DNA of 64,000 bases, from assembly GCF_030691015.1 (NCBI RefSeq), contig NZ_JAUYFF010000013.1, positions 4,638 through 68,637 of the forward strand, in the 5' to 3' direction. Both the position numbers and the translations under genes were made by a program. Of the stretch, positions 30,170 to 39,804 are shown piece after piece (the first letter of the stretch is position 1; the number at the start of each line of letters is the position of its first letter). The notes under the pieces were generated by a model. That model worked only from the letters and a program-made list of their open reading frames with translations. It had not been told where the DNA came from and did not search any database. Source of the DNA: Sulfuricurvum sp. Its GTDB lineage: Bacteria; Campylobacterota; Campylobacteria; Campylobacterales; Sulfurimonadaceae.

Positions 30170-30624
30170 TGCTCAATCGCTTTTTTAAGTTCAGCGGCCG
30201 TTTCGATAAACTCCACTTTGGTCAAGAAATTTCCCCGAAATTTCATCACGGTGATCTTATCTTCCTGATATGGAAAATTAAGCCCCTGTACTTCGTCTTG
30301 AATCAAGAGTACCGTATGGGAATATTTTCGCATTTTCGGCAAAGCAAAACTCTCGGTGATAAATTTCGGCATCTGGCTGATATCGGCGACAAACGCCGCT
30401 TTATTTTTGGCTAAATACCCTTTTTCTTGAACGGTAAGGTATTCATTCACCGTCGCACCCGTCCCTTTTTCGAATGCCATAATCAGCGTTTTCGGCATCA
30501 TTTTAAGGGCAACGCGCTTGCCGAACTGATCACTCAAATCAAGCGGCATTACCGATTGGCCTACTTTATAGGGAGCGGCCCAGAGAGTTAATGTCACGAA
30601 TAGTAAAATGATAACCTTTTTCAT
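30166..30624 (-). CDS. Secreted redoxin-fold-like protein without cysteines
   Basis: Signal peptide MKKVIILLFVTLTLWA. LDLSDQFGKRVALKMMPKTLIMAFEK resembles the AhpC/TSA-thioredoxin fold entry strand, but the protein has no Cys. Confidence 0.4.
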   Translation of the reverse strand: MKKVIILLFVTLTLWAAPYKVGQSVMPLDLSDQFGKRVALKMMPKTLIMAFEKGTGATVNEYLTVQEKGYLAKNKAAFVADISQMPKFITESFALPKMRKYSHTVLLIQDEVQGLNFPYQEDKITVMKFRGNFLTKVEFIETAAELKKAIEQ

Positions 30625-30694
30625 AATAATCCCTTATACCTAATAATATGACGAAAGTATAGGTGAAAAAAGGATAATTGACGGTTAATAGAGT

Positions 30695-31690
30695 TTAATG
30701 GGTAAGTTTACTCAATACGTTTTCGAGTTTTGTATGCTGCTCGAGAGTGAAAAGAAACGTATCATCCATCACTTTATCCAAATGATTCATTTCGGTGAGG
30801 GTAATTCCGAACGGATCTTTTTTTGCCACTTTACTCCCCCCCGACCCAAGCACCACGTTATCTAGTTTTTTAGAGCTGTGACGGATAAAATAGGTCAAAA
30901 AGTAGCCGCCGGAGTGATCTTTTTCAATAGCGACGACAACTCGTGATGCGTTTGAACCGTTCCAGCTCAAATCAGGTGCAAGGATTTTAAAATCTTCAAC
31001 CGAGAGAAATCCGACATACACTTTCGTATAGATATCATGATAGCGCTGTGTCGCGGCACGACGGAAAAATTCTAAATCGATCGGATCTTTCCCGCGTAGG
31101 GAACGAAGCATCCACGAGAGGGTTGCATAGTATTTAAATGCCGCAACTTTCAACTCTTCCGCATGAGCGATTTTGCTGCTCTCGATCCGAATCATCGGGG
31201 CACGCTCGGACTTAGAGCTCAAACGTTCCAAAATATGGCGTGCGCTGTAAGGTTTTGTCAGCCATACCGACGCATACGGCGGCAAATCAGACGTTCCTGT
31301 CGCCCCTTCGTTGAGGACTAAAAGCGCCTTAACACTGTAACGGGGGAAAAGAACTTCGAGCAATGCCCGTTTTTTACGAAGCCGTTTTTTGAGATTGCTC
31401 ACCGATTTAACCAACGTCATCTCGACAAAATAGAGCTCTTTATCGGTAAAGAGAAGTCCGTCGAATTCACCGATCTCTTTGTGACGGGCACGGTAGATAA
31501 TCTGCCCTTTCCAGCTCACAGAGAGGGCATCACTTTGAGCGCGGGTACGGTGTTTATGAGGCCCTTTTATAATAAAGCTTTTGATGCGCGGCTCATTGGC
31601 GGCGTAGCGGAGAAGCTTTTCATAAATATAGTTCTCATATACCTCCCCCTCAAAAGAACGAAACGCACTGATGTACCCTTCGTCTTCCAT
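30695..31690 (-). CDS. Hypothetical protein; N-terminal NERD / PD-(D/E)xK-like segment (tentative)
   Basis: 331 aa. GEFDGLLFTDKELYFVEMTLVKS resembles the D...E-x-K core of NERD-type nuclease folds, but the spacing is atypical. The C-terminal 200 aa was not recognised. Confidence 0.35.
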   Translation of the reverse strand: MEDEGYISAFRSFEGEVYENYIYEKLLRYAANEPRIKSFIIKGPHKHRTRAQSDALSVSWKGQIIYRARHKEIGEFDGLLFTDKELYFVEMTLVKSVSNLKKRLRKKRALLEVLFPRYSVKALLVLNEGATGTSDLPPYASVWLTKPYSARHILERLSSKSERAPMIRIESSKIAHAEELKVAAFKYYATLSWMLRSLRGKDPIDLEFFRRAATQRYHDIYTKVYVGFLSVEDFKILAPDLSWNGSNASRVVVAIEKDHSGGYFLTYFIRHSSKKLDNVVLGSGGSKVAKKDPFGITLTEMNHLDKVMDDTFLFTLEQHTKLENVLSKLTH

Positions 31691-31913
31691 CGTGAGCCCT
31701 TTCGCTTCAAGGGAGAGAAGATGGTCAATGTTGTAGTCATAATATAAAAGATTATCGCCGAGTTCTGCATCACCTTCGGGGATAATAGTATGGTCGAATG
31801 TTAGGATGGGAGCCTCTTCTGGCGGATTAAGGTACTTTCACAAATACCCGCTAACATTTTACCTTATTTTTGACCTAACACTACTCTAAAGATCATCGTG
31901 ATATACTTTATTT

Positions 31914-32519
31914 ATGCAAAACCGACCGACCGAAGATCAAATCCGTACTCAATTCGTCACTTCGTTGATGAATTATTTTAAAATTGATGAAGATGTTTTT
32001 TTACGCAGCCATATCGATGAGCTTATCCGCCCTATCGGATCCACTCGATACAGTAGCTTTCTAAATCGACTCTCATCACGTGAAATGCCGTATAAAACTG
32101 CATTTGAAAAAATTGCCCTTATTGCTGAAGAATTTGAAAATGAGACGCTTAGCCCAATTGAGCATGAAGCGCAAGAGCGTGCAGAAAACTTATACCATTT
32201 GATGTACGATATCAGACGGGATGTGAGCTTGGTACGTGATGGTGAGAAAAGTGCGTTGGAGCGATTTGAAGCGATCCGATTTACTTCGATCAAACACGCA
32301 AACGAAGATAAACCTCTGCTGGATGAAACCGATATTAACGTTGTTAAAATAGTGACGAAGCGATGGATTTACGACTATGTTTCGTTGGATCGGAGCCTCT
32401 TTGAAGCGCGCGTTATCCACGAGTACCGTAATGAAATTCTCCGCCGCGAGCGGGAAAAAAATAATGTATTAGCCGCTCCGCTCAAAGCTAAACTTCTCCG
32501 TTCGGTAAAAGAAAAATGA
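31914..32519 (+). CDS. Hypothetical charged helical protein
   Basis: 201 aa. No motif recognised. ATGA overlap with the downstream gene. Confidence 0.4.
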   Translation: MQNRPTEDQIRTQFVTSLMNYFKIDEDVFLRSHIDELIRPIGSTRYSSFLNRLSSREMPYKTAFEKIALIAEEFENETLSPIEHEAQERAENLYHLMYDIRRDVSLVRDGEKSALERFEAIRFTSIKHANEDKPLLDETDINVVKIVTKRWIYDYVSLDRSLFEARVIHEYRNEILRREREKNNVLAAPLKAKLLRSVKEK

Positions 32520-33397
32520 TTACCCTTCCCACCTCTTTGATCGATCGTGACGATTTGAGCCTCTTAGAGCGCGCGTTGCTCCCCCTCATCGCCCGTTATA
32601 CGCAACAATGGGGAGATAAACCCGGAGATGTTGATGCATCTACTCTCGCACAAGCTCTCAGGAACACCCCTAGAGAAGTGATCGAAGCACTCGATAGTAT
32701 GGTGAAAAAAGGGATTCTAAAAACCCTCCGACGCAAAACCGATCAGGGGATGATGATCTACTATACCTTTGCCCCTGTTTCCGTCCTCACATCTGCGGTT
32801 GTAACCCTCAGCGCAACTGAATACAGCGATAGCAACTATTATCTTAACCTCTCAAATGAAACATACACAGAGTTACACGCATATGCACTTGAGCTATGTG
32901 ATCGCGAGGGACTAAGACGGGAGTTATTCGAAGATTTCAATTTGTACCAACGGAGTCAAAACCGCCGATCTTTCGACTGGTGTGCCGAGTTCGAGCGGTG
33001 GGTACGCCGTGAAATCGCTTCCAATGCGCCAGTTTTAGCATCGGCACAAGAGCTTGCCGAAACCAAACCAACTATGGAAGAGTTTGAAATGGCGCAGTAT
33101 TTTATCCGCCATCTCGCCTCCATTGATCCACAGTTCGAAATGCCGGACAATGTTCAAAGCTGGGCAAAGCAGATTAAAACTCTCCTTGATACGGAAGGAT
33201 ACACTCTACTCGATATAAAATCGGCGATTGACTGGCTCTTCAGTGCCAAAGGGGACTGGTTCCGCCCCAACGTTCCCGATGCTTACCATTTACGTAAACA
33301 TTTCAAACGGCTCATATCCAATACCCGTTCATTTCGTGACGGGAAGCCCCGTCTGCCGGATGGGGTTAATATCTTCGATATTATCGGGCGAGAATAA
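32516..33397 (+). CDS. Hypothetical protein with N-terminal winged-helix-like segment (DnaD/replication-organiser-like?)
   Basis: LSLLERALLPLIARY...STLAQALRNTPREVIEALDSMVKKGILK looks like a wHTH. The rest was not recognised. Confidence 0.35.
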   Translation: MITLPTSLIDRDDLSLLERALLPLIARYTQQWGDKPGDVDASTLAQALRNTPREVIEALDSMVKKGILKTLRRKTDQGMMIYYTFAPVSVLTSAVVTLSATEYSDSNYYLNLSNETYTELHAYALELCDREGLRRELFEDFNLYQRSQNRRSFDWCAEFERWVRREIASNAPVLASAQELAETKPTMEEFEMAQYFIRHLASIDPQFEMPDNVQSWAKQIKTLLDTEGYTLLDIKSAIDWLFSAKGDWFRPNVPDAYHLRKHFKRLISNTRSFRDGKPRLPDGVNIFDIIGRE

Positions 33398-34544
33398 ACT
33401 CTACCCGTCTATTTTTCGATCGACCCTCTTCGTTTTCATTGGAAGCTACAGGATCGGCATCGCCCATCCCTTTGACGGTAATAGCACCTGCATCAACTCC
33501 CTGTGTCAATAGATAATCGGCCACCATTTTTGCACGTGCTTCCGAGAGGATACCATTCGTCGCATATTGTGCCTTAAGCCGTTGCGGAGGGATATTGTCG
33601 GTATAACCTTTGATGGTTACCGAGCTATAACCGCCCGATTTAAAAAGCTTCGCCCATTCGCGCAGACGCTCTTTCCCCACTTCACTGAGAGCAACTACCC
33701 TACTTTCAAATAGTTGAAAATTTCGAAAATACTGAGCCGGAGTTGCGGTCGAAGCAACCGGTTTTTCTAAAATCGGCTTTTCGACTATCGCGACAGGTAC
33801 TACTTCAACTTTTGGTTCTACAACGGCAACGACGACAGGAACTTCAGGCTTTATTTCTTCGATAATCGGTACAACCTTCGGCTCAACATTAACCACTTTT
33901 ACAACTTCAACTTTTTCTACCTTGGAGAGAGGTTTAATCGGGTCTGCCATCGCCACAACACTTTGACCCGGCTTTAATCTCTCTAGCTCCATCATCACAC
34001 ACGCCCCTTTGACATCGCGGGCGGTGAGCGTAAAGGTATTTCCTTTACGATCCCATTGCGGGTTTTTGAGAGGTTTGAGGTCTTGATCCAACCCCTGATA
34101 TTTTCGAACACCGTACCCTTTGGGTACATTTACGGTAAGGATATTCTCCGCCGTAACGCAATCAGGGCTCCCCTTACAATCCCCTCCGCTAAGGAGAATC
34201 TTCACGACACCGTTTTCTTCAGAGACTAAAAAGTCATCTCTAAAGGCACGTTGAAGATAGGAGTAGCGATCGGTATTGGCAAAAGAGAGCTTCGTCATCC
34301 CCTCTTTTGTTTTTTCAATTGTATGTGTAGCGGGGCGGACATACACGATACGATCCGCGTCAAACCCTTTCTCGAACATAAACCCGTAATTTTTATTTTT
34401 TTCGCCTTGATAATTAAAGTGAAAAATACCCTCCGAAAAATCGGCTTGCGGATAAAAAATCATCTCTGAAACATCTGCTGAAATAGGACTCCAGCTCAAC
34501 CATAACCCTAGAAATCCGACTGCTATTTTAGTTTGCATTATCAC
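33381..34544 (-). CDS. OmpA-family peptidoglycan-associated protein with V/E/P/K-rich linker
   Basis: Signal peptide. C-terminal OmpA_C motifs GYTDNIPP, LSEARAKMVADYL, NRRVEFIL. Low-complexity linker VEKVEVVKVVNVEPKVVPIIEEIKPEVPVVV (about 33759-33932). Confidence 0.8.
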   Translation of the reverse strand: MIMQTKIAVGFLGLWLSWSPISADVSEMIFYPQADFSEGIFHFNYQGEKNKNYGFMFEKGFDADRIVYVRPATHTIEKTKEGMTKLSFANTDRYSYLQRAFRDDFLVSEENGVVKILLSGGDCKGSPDCVTAENILTVNVPKGYGVRKYQGLDQDLKPLKNPQWDRKGNTFTLTARDVKGACVMMELERLKPGQSVVAMADPIKPLSKVEKVEVVKVVNVEPKVVPIIEEIKPEVPVVVAVVEPKVEVVPVAIVEKPILEKPVASTATPAQYFRNFQLFESRVVALSEVGKERLREWAKLFKSGGYSSVTIKGYTDNIPPQRLKAQYATNGILSEARAKMVADYLLTQGVDAGAITVKGMGDADPVASNENEEGRSKNRRVEFILAR

Positions 34545-34604
34545 CTCATTGTAATAAAGGGATGATACAATAAATCAAACCAATTTTCGGTTAAAGGGAC
34601 GACT

Positions 34605-35372
34605 ATGAATCTACTCTCACTCTATTTGAACCATCCCCTGACAACTGCAACCGTTGAATACGCTCTTGATGTTACCCTTGTGCGAGGGGTAGAAAACGGT
34701 TATTACGGGAAGAATGATCTCCTCCACGTCGTACTGGCTCCGTTTGGAGTCCTGACTCTGATCGCTAGAGAGAAAAAAGAGATACTCAACGCCCTCTCAT
34801 TGCTAAATATCTCGTTAGATTCACAAAACCTCATCACCCAAGATTATCCGATCCTCATCAATCCTCATCTTGATGCACTTTTTGAAGTGACTAATGAAGC
34901 CATACTATTGCGTGAAGCTTCAATACTGAATCTCAACGTTATTGCCCTCGCGATTAGCCAAAGCGTCGGATTGGAGCATTACGAGAAACGGCTCGACACC
35001 CTCTTCTCCCAAAGTCGCCGTATCGTCGAATCGATCCATACGTTCTCCATCAGCCGACGCTCTCATTTGATGCAATTTGCCAAACGTCTTGCCCTCACTC
35101 GACACGATATGGTGAGCAATCTCCTTCTACTCGACAAACCGAATATCCTGTGGGACAATGAAGATGCCGAAACCCTCTATATACGGCTGGCATTCATCCT
35201 TGAACTCAACGATCGGCATGAAATTGCCCTCTCTAAACTCTCTCAAATCAAGGAAGATGTTATGCTGGTTATGGATATTATTAACCATAAAAAAAGTGAG
35301 TTTTTAGAATGGATCATTATCATCCTCATCGGTGTCGAAATAGTCATGGGAGTTATTGATTTTATCCGCTAG
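34605..35372 (+). CDS. RMD1/DUF155 family protein
   Basis: LLLLDKPNILWDNEDAETLY and a C-terminal TM after LEWIIIILIGVEIV, typical of DUF155. Confidence 0.6.
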   Translation: MNLLSLYLNHPLTTATVEYALDVTLVRGVENGYYGKNDLLHVVLAPFGVLTLIAREKKEILNALSLLNISLDSQNLITQDYPILINPHLDALFEVTNEAILLREASILNLNVIALAISQSVGLEHYEKRLDTLFSQSRRIVESIHTFSISRRSHLMQFAKRLALTRHDMVSNLLLLDKPNILWDNEDAETLYIRLAFILELNDRHEIALSKLSQIKEDVMLVMDIINHKKSEFLEWIIIILIGVEIVMGVIDFIR

Positions 35373-35425
35373 TGTGGCATTACTTTTATGCTACAATAAT
35401 CCCCTACACTTTGGAGGTGATGAGA

Positions 35426-35716
35426 ATGATGAAAAAGTTACTTGTTTTAGCGGTTCTTGGAGTATCAGCATTGTGTGCTGCCGATGGAGCCAAAATTTTT
35501 GGTGCAAAATGTGCTGAATGTCATGGAGCAAACGGAAAAGAAGCTTCTATCTCCGGAAAAGCGATTGCCGGAGACACTGGCGCATTGAGTAAACTAACAG
35601 GATACAAAAGCGGATCATTCGGAGGTGAGCAAAAAGCAACTATGCAAGCGTCTCTTGAAGGGCTGAGCGATGAGGATATTAAAGCTCTCGCGGCGTATGT
35701 CGGAAGTCTCAAGTAA
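35426..35716 (+). CDS. Monoheme class I cytochrome c (c553-like)
   Basis: Signal peptide MMKKLLVLAVLGVSALCA, heme motif CAECHG, distal Met region KATMQASL. GGAGG at 35413-35417 favours an ATG at 35426/35429 over 35372. Confidence 0.85.
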   Translation: MMKKLLVLAVLGVSALCAADGAKIFGAKCAECHGANGKEASISGKAIAGDTGALSKLTGYKSGSFGGEQKATMQASLEGLSDEDIKALAAYVGSLK

Positions 35717-35719
35717 GCG

Positions 35720-38242
35720 TTATCCCAACAGTTTTTCAAACTCCTCCGCCTTCACCGGCGGACTTTTAAAATATCCCTGATACATCGTGCACCCTTTTTC
35801 TCTTAAGAAATCGATCTGTTCTACCCGTTCCGTCCCCTCAGCCAAAACTTGAAATCCTAATGCCTGCCCCATCGCGATAATAGCCGTAACAATCGCCATA
35901 TCATCACGTTCATACGGGATATCATCCACAAAACTTTTATCGATTTTAAGGACATCTATCGGAAAGCGTTTGAGATACGAGAGGGATGAATATCCCGTTC
36001 CGAAATCATCGATCGCCAAACGGATACCGTGTGCACGAAGAGAATGGAGCATAGTAACCGTCTCTTCTTCGCGCTGCATCAACGCACTCTCGGTAAGTTC
36101 AAGCTCCAGCCGATCGGCCGGATAACCGCTTTTTTTAAGAGCCGTCTCAACCATAAGGAGTATATTTTGATGGCGTACCTGATGGGCCGATACATTGACC
36201 GCTAAGGTGAGTCTATGTCCTTTGTCGAGCCAAATTTTTCCCTGTCGGCATGTTTCGCTCAAAACCCACTCGCCAATCTCACCGATAAGTCCGATCTCTT
36301 CAGCAACATGAATAAATTCGCTAGGCATAACGAGCCCTCTCATTGGGCAATTCCACCGTATTAGTGCCTCAGCTCCGACAATACGCCCCGTCTGCATATG
36401 AACCTGTGGTTGATAATAAACTTCAAACTCTTGATTTAGTATCGCACGTCTCAAGCGGGTCTCACACTCGATACGCCGCCGCGCCGAATCGGTCAGTTCA
36501 TCCGTATAATAGTGATAGACTCCCCGCCCCTCTGCTTTAGCTTTATAAAGTGCCGCATCGCCATGTTGGAACAACATGGCGGCATCTGCTCCGTGATCTG
36601 GGAACAATACGATTCCGGCACTTGCCCCGACATGGATGAGTGCACCGCCTGAGAGTCGATACGCTTCAGCCAATGTACCTAACATCTCTTGGGCTAAATG
36701 CCCCGCATCTTCAGAATGGGTGATAGTTTCAACTACAACCGCAAACTCATCCCCCCCTAAACGTCCGATCAAATCACCCTCTCGCAGACGTGAAGAGAAT
36801 CTCTTTGATACCATTTGTAAAAGTTCATCCCCCGCACTGTGCCCATAGCTATCATTGATATCTTTAAAGCGGTCTAAATCAAACATCAAAAGAGCTATTT
36901 GCGTTTTATTCCGATTCGCCTTGTCAATCGAATTTTGTAAATGAGCATGAAGCAGCCCGCGATTTGCCAAGCCCGTAAGCGGGTCAAAGTTGGCTAAGAT
37001 TTCCAGCTGTTCTTCATGCTTTTTACGTTCACTTATATCACAATAAACCGCCATCATATACGGATGGTTTAAAAATCTAATGGCGACAACATTCACTAAA
37101 ACATCCAGCAATTCGCCGTTTTTAGCCTTATGTTTGGTTTCAAAACAATCTCGACCGTTTTGTATAATAGATTCAATGCGACGGCGTGTTTCGTGGGGAA
37201 ATTCGATCGCTTCATAATCCGAAATGGTAAGTTCTGAAAACTCATCGGAGGTATACCCCAAATGCTCATACGCGGCACGGTTAAATTCTACTGCCCTCAT
37301 TGTAACCGAGTCAATCAGCACTACCCCATCGGGAAGTGCTTCAAACAAGGTTCGGAGCTTCAGCGCATTTTGCTCGCTTGAGATTTTTTCCGCTTTTAGC
37401 TCGTTTTTGCGCTCTCCGATTTTAGCAATCGTCTCATTTTTCTGATCGATTACCCGAAGGAGAAATTCAAAATAAGCCCCATTGATCGCATGTAAAACAT
37501 CATGACGGCTCAGCAGTCCAACGAGGTTTTCCCCCTCATCGACAACGATAAGCTGATGGACACCGTGCTCTTCCATCCGTATTGCCGCCTCTTGAAGAGG
37601 GGTCCCCTTTTGGATGAAATGAACATTGCGAAGGAGCAGTTTTTCTATTTTTATATCGTTTGAGTTCCCCTTAAGAGCATACCAATGTGCAATATCCCGC
37701 TCTGTCACGAGACCGACAGGCTGAGCTCCGCGAAGGACAACCGCATAGTCACATTTACGTTCATGCATCAAGGCCGCCACTTCAAAAAGAGGGCTCTCCA
37801 ATGAGACAATTAAGGGTGAACCGCTCATCGCATCTGCGACCAGTTTAAATTTTCCCAACTCCTCAAACCCGATATGACGGAGGAAATCTCCCTCGCTTAC
37901 CACTCCGACAAAACACTTCTGTCCATCAACGACGACTAAATGACGATACCCTTTTTCTTCCATTATCGTATAGGCATCATGCAAATAGACACTCTCTTCA
38001 ACGCAAAAAGGTTCAAGAGTCATCACCTCACTTAAGGGCTTTTCAAGATTGATAGAATCGGCAACAACACGGAGTGCGTCTCGTTCGGTAAAAATTCCTA
38101 TCGGCCGGATATCGTCATCAACAATAATAACAGAACTGAAAGAACGCTCCGACATCATTTCAAGGGCGTTTGAAATCGTTTGAGTAGCCCGCAGCGAAAG
38201 TACTTGATCGGAAACGATCGATTTAAGGGTAATTAATTTCAT
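35720..38242 (-). CDS. CBSx4-PAS-GGDEF-EAL c-di-GMP turnover protein
   Basis: Four CBS repeats in the first ~260 aa. PAS region (LPDGVVLIDS). RxxD I-site + GGDEF (REGDLIGRLGGDEF). EAL (EALIRW), DDFGTGYSS, KIDKSF. Confidence 0.9.
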   Translation of the reverse strand: MKLITLKSIVSDQVLSLRATQTISNALEMMSERSFSSVIIVDDDIRPIGIFTERDALRVVADSINLEKPLSEVMTLEPFCVEESVYLHDAYTIMEEKGYRHLVVVDGQKCFVGVVSEGDFLRHIGFEELGKFKLVADAMSGSPLIVSLESPLFEVAALMHERKCDYAVVLRGAQPVGLVTERDIAHWYALKGNSNDIKIEKLLLRNVHFIQKGTPLQEAAIRMEEHGVHQLIVVDEGENLVGLLSRHDVLHAINGAYFEFLLRVIDQKNETIAKIGERKNELKAEKISSEQNALKLRTLFEALPDGVVLIDSVTMRAVEFNRAAYEHLGYTSDEFSELTISDYEAIEFPHETRRRIESIIQNGRDCFETKHKAKNGELLDVLVNVVAIRFLNHPYMMAVYCDISERKKHEEQLEILANFDPLTGLANRGLLHAHLQNSIDKANRNKTQIALLMFDLDRFKDINDSYGHSAGDELLQMVSKRFSSRLREGDLIGRLGGDEFAVVVETITHSEDAGHLAQEMLGTLAEAYRLSGGALIHVGASAGIVLFPDHGADAAMLFQHGDAALYKAKAEGRGVYHYYTDELTDSARRRIECETRLRRAILNQEFEVYYQPQVHMQTGRIVGAEALIRWNCPMRGLVMPSEFIHVAEEIGLIGEIGEWVLSETCRQGKIWLDKGHRLTLAVNVSAHQVRHQNILLMVETALKKSGYPADRLELELTESALMQREEETVTMLHSLRAHGIRLAIDDFGTGYSSLSYLKRFPIDVLKIDKSFVDDIPYERDDMAIVTAIIAMGQALGFQVLAEGTERVEQIDFLREKGCTMYQGYFKSPPVKAEEFEKLLG

Positions 38243-39576
38243 ATGCGATTAGAACACGCTATAGTCCGATTTCGCCCCATATCTTTTGCCGCATATAAAG
38301 CACCGTCTGCACGTTCGATAGCGCTGTGGAGGGAATCTTCCTCAGATACCTCCGTAATTCCGATACTGCACGTAATATGTCCCGCATCCTCAAACACTTG
38401 CGATTCGATTAAACTTCGAATTTTTTCTCCTACGCCATAAGCCTCTTCACACCCAGAATTTCGAAGCAGCAAAACGAATTCTTCCCCTCCCCATCGTGCG
38501 AATAAATCAGCTTCGCGAATCGTAGAAGCAACTAAAGAGACAAAATTTTTCAGCACATAATCGCCGATATTGTGCCCATAGGTATCATTGACTTGTTTGA
38601 AATGATCCAAATCGATCATCATCAAAGAGAGCTTTGTCCCTTGTCGCTTTGCAACGGAAAGTTCTTGAGAAAAAAGTTCGGAAAACATATGCCGATTATG
38701 AATCTCCGTCAAAGAGTCTTTCGTCGCCAACTGTGTCAAATGACGATTCTTTTGCTGGAGGATCTGGGTGATCTCTTCAAACTGCTTAAAATGATCCTGC
38801 ATTAACTGAGACCATTTCAAATAGGTTCGTGAAATAAGGTCCTGTTGGGTAACAATTCCTACCACATGCCCCTCATCATTGATAACGACAATCCGCTTAA
38901 AATGGCCGTTGCGCAAATATTCAAGTCCCTCGCTAATCGACGCCTTATCACTCAGCGTATCAACGGGAGAAGACATCACATCCCGTACCTCAATAGAGGC
39001 ACAGTTCCCTTCTCCGATAAAGTTAATCACATCCTTGGAGGTCAGTATCCCTACCGCCATTCCGCCATCTTGGATAATGACACAATCGCTCAATGAATCT
39101 TTCATAAACTCTAGAACGTCCAACATCACTGTAGTGGGGGAAAAACTTTTATACCCGTATTTTTTCTCAAAAATCGTCGAAATTTGAAGTGACTCCAAAA
39201 TAACTTGAGGATCGACGCTCCCCACAATATCACTGTTGGTGACAAGCCCGTACAAACTTCCATCTTTATTACAGACACAGATATGCTCATCAATATCATT
39301 GGTTAAATTGAGGGCATTGATAATATTGCTATCTTTATCGATCAAGGGGAGCGGACGAAGGATGATTTGCGAGAGAGGGGTAGAAAAGTCCACTCTTTCG
39401 AGACGTAATCGGATAATATCTTTGGTTGTAATGATGTAATGCAGTGTTTTATTGACCACAATGATACTGCGATGATTATGTTCATGCATTTTATCGAGCG
39501 CATCTTGAATAGTATGATACATATCAACGCTAATCACATCGGTGGTCGCTATCAGACCGAGAGTAGGGAAAAACAT
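38239..39576 (-). CDS. CBSx4-GGDEF diguanylate cyclase
   Basis: Four CBS repeats, then DSLTEIHNRH, READLFARWGGEEF (I-site + GGEEF). 4-bp overlap with the downstream gene. Confidence 0.9.
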   Translation of the reverse strand: MFFPTLGLIATTDVISVDMYHTIQDALDKMHEHNHRSIIVVNKTLHYIITTKDIIRLRLERVDFSTPLSQIILRPLPLIDKDSNIINALNLTNDIDEHICVCNKDGSLYGLVTNSDIVGSVDPQVILESLQISTIFEKKYGYKSFSPTTVMLDVLEFMKDSLSDCVIIQDGGMAVGILTSKDVINFIGEGNCASIEVRDVMSSPVDTLSDKASISEGLEYLRNGHFKRIVVINDEGHVVGIVTQQDLISRTYLKWSQLMQDHFKQFEEITQILQQKNRHLTQLATKDSLTEIHNRHMFSELFSQELSVAKRQGTKLSLMMIDLDHFKQVNDTYGHNIGDYVLKNFVSLVASTIREADLFARWGGEEFVLLLRNSGCEEAYGVGEKIRSLIESQVFEDAGHITCSIGITEVSEEDSLHSAIERADGALYAAKDMGRNRTIACSNRI

Positions 39577-39804
39577 AAGGAAATCTCCTCTTTACTAGTG
39601 TTTTAATTATACCGTTTACAAACACAAAATAGACTCAAACAACCAAGATAGTTTAATGTTAAAATTATATATAACATTATACAATGCATAAAATTGCCTT
39701 AAGGATATCGTCTGAATCCCATGAGTTTTTGTATACGCTTAGCCACTTGTATCGGTTGTATTGTTCCGCTCGCGATTGCTTGGCGTGTGTCTCGAATATA
39801 ATCA

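Noticed and set aside
33759-33932. A repetitive V/E/P/K-rich stretch in the OmpA-like gene, considered as a tandem DNA repeat.
   Set aside because: At DNA level the units are imperfect and of irregular length. It behaves as a low-complexity periplasmic linker, like the Pro-rich spacer of TonB at about 47400-47650.
39654-39679. The palindrome TAATGTTA-N10-TAACATTA in the GGDEF divergent intergenic region.
   Set aside because: An 8-bp, AT-only dyad in a 228-bp AT-rich region is expected by chance (~0.4 occurrences or more). It is kept only as a note.
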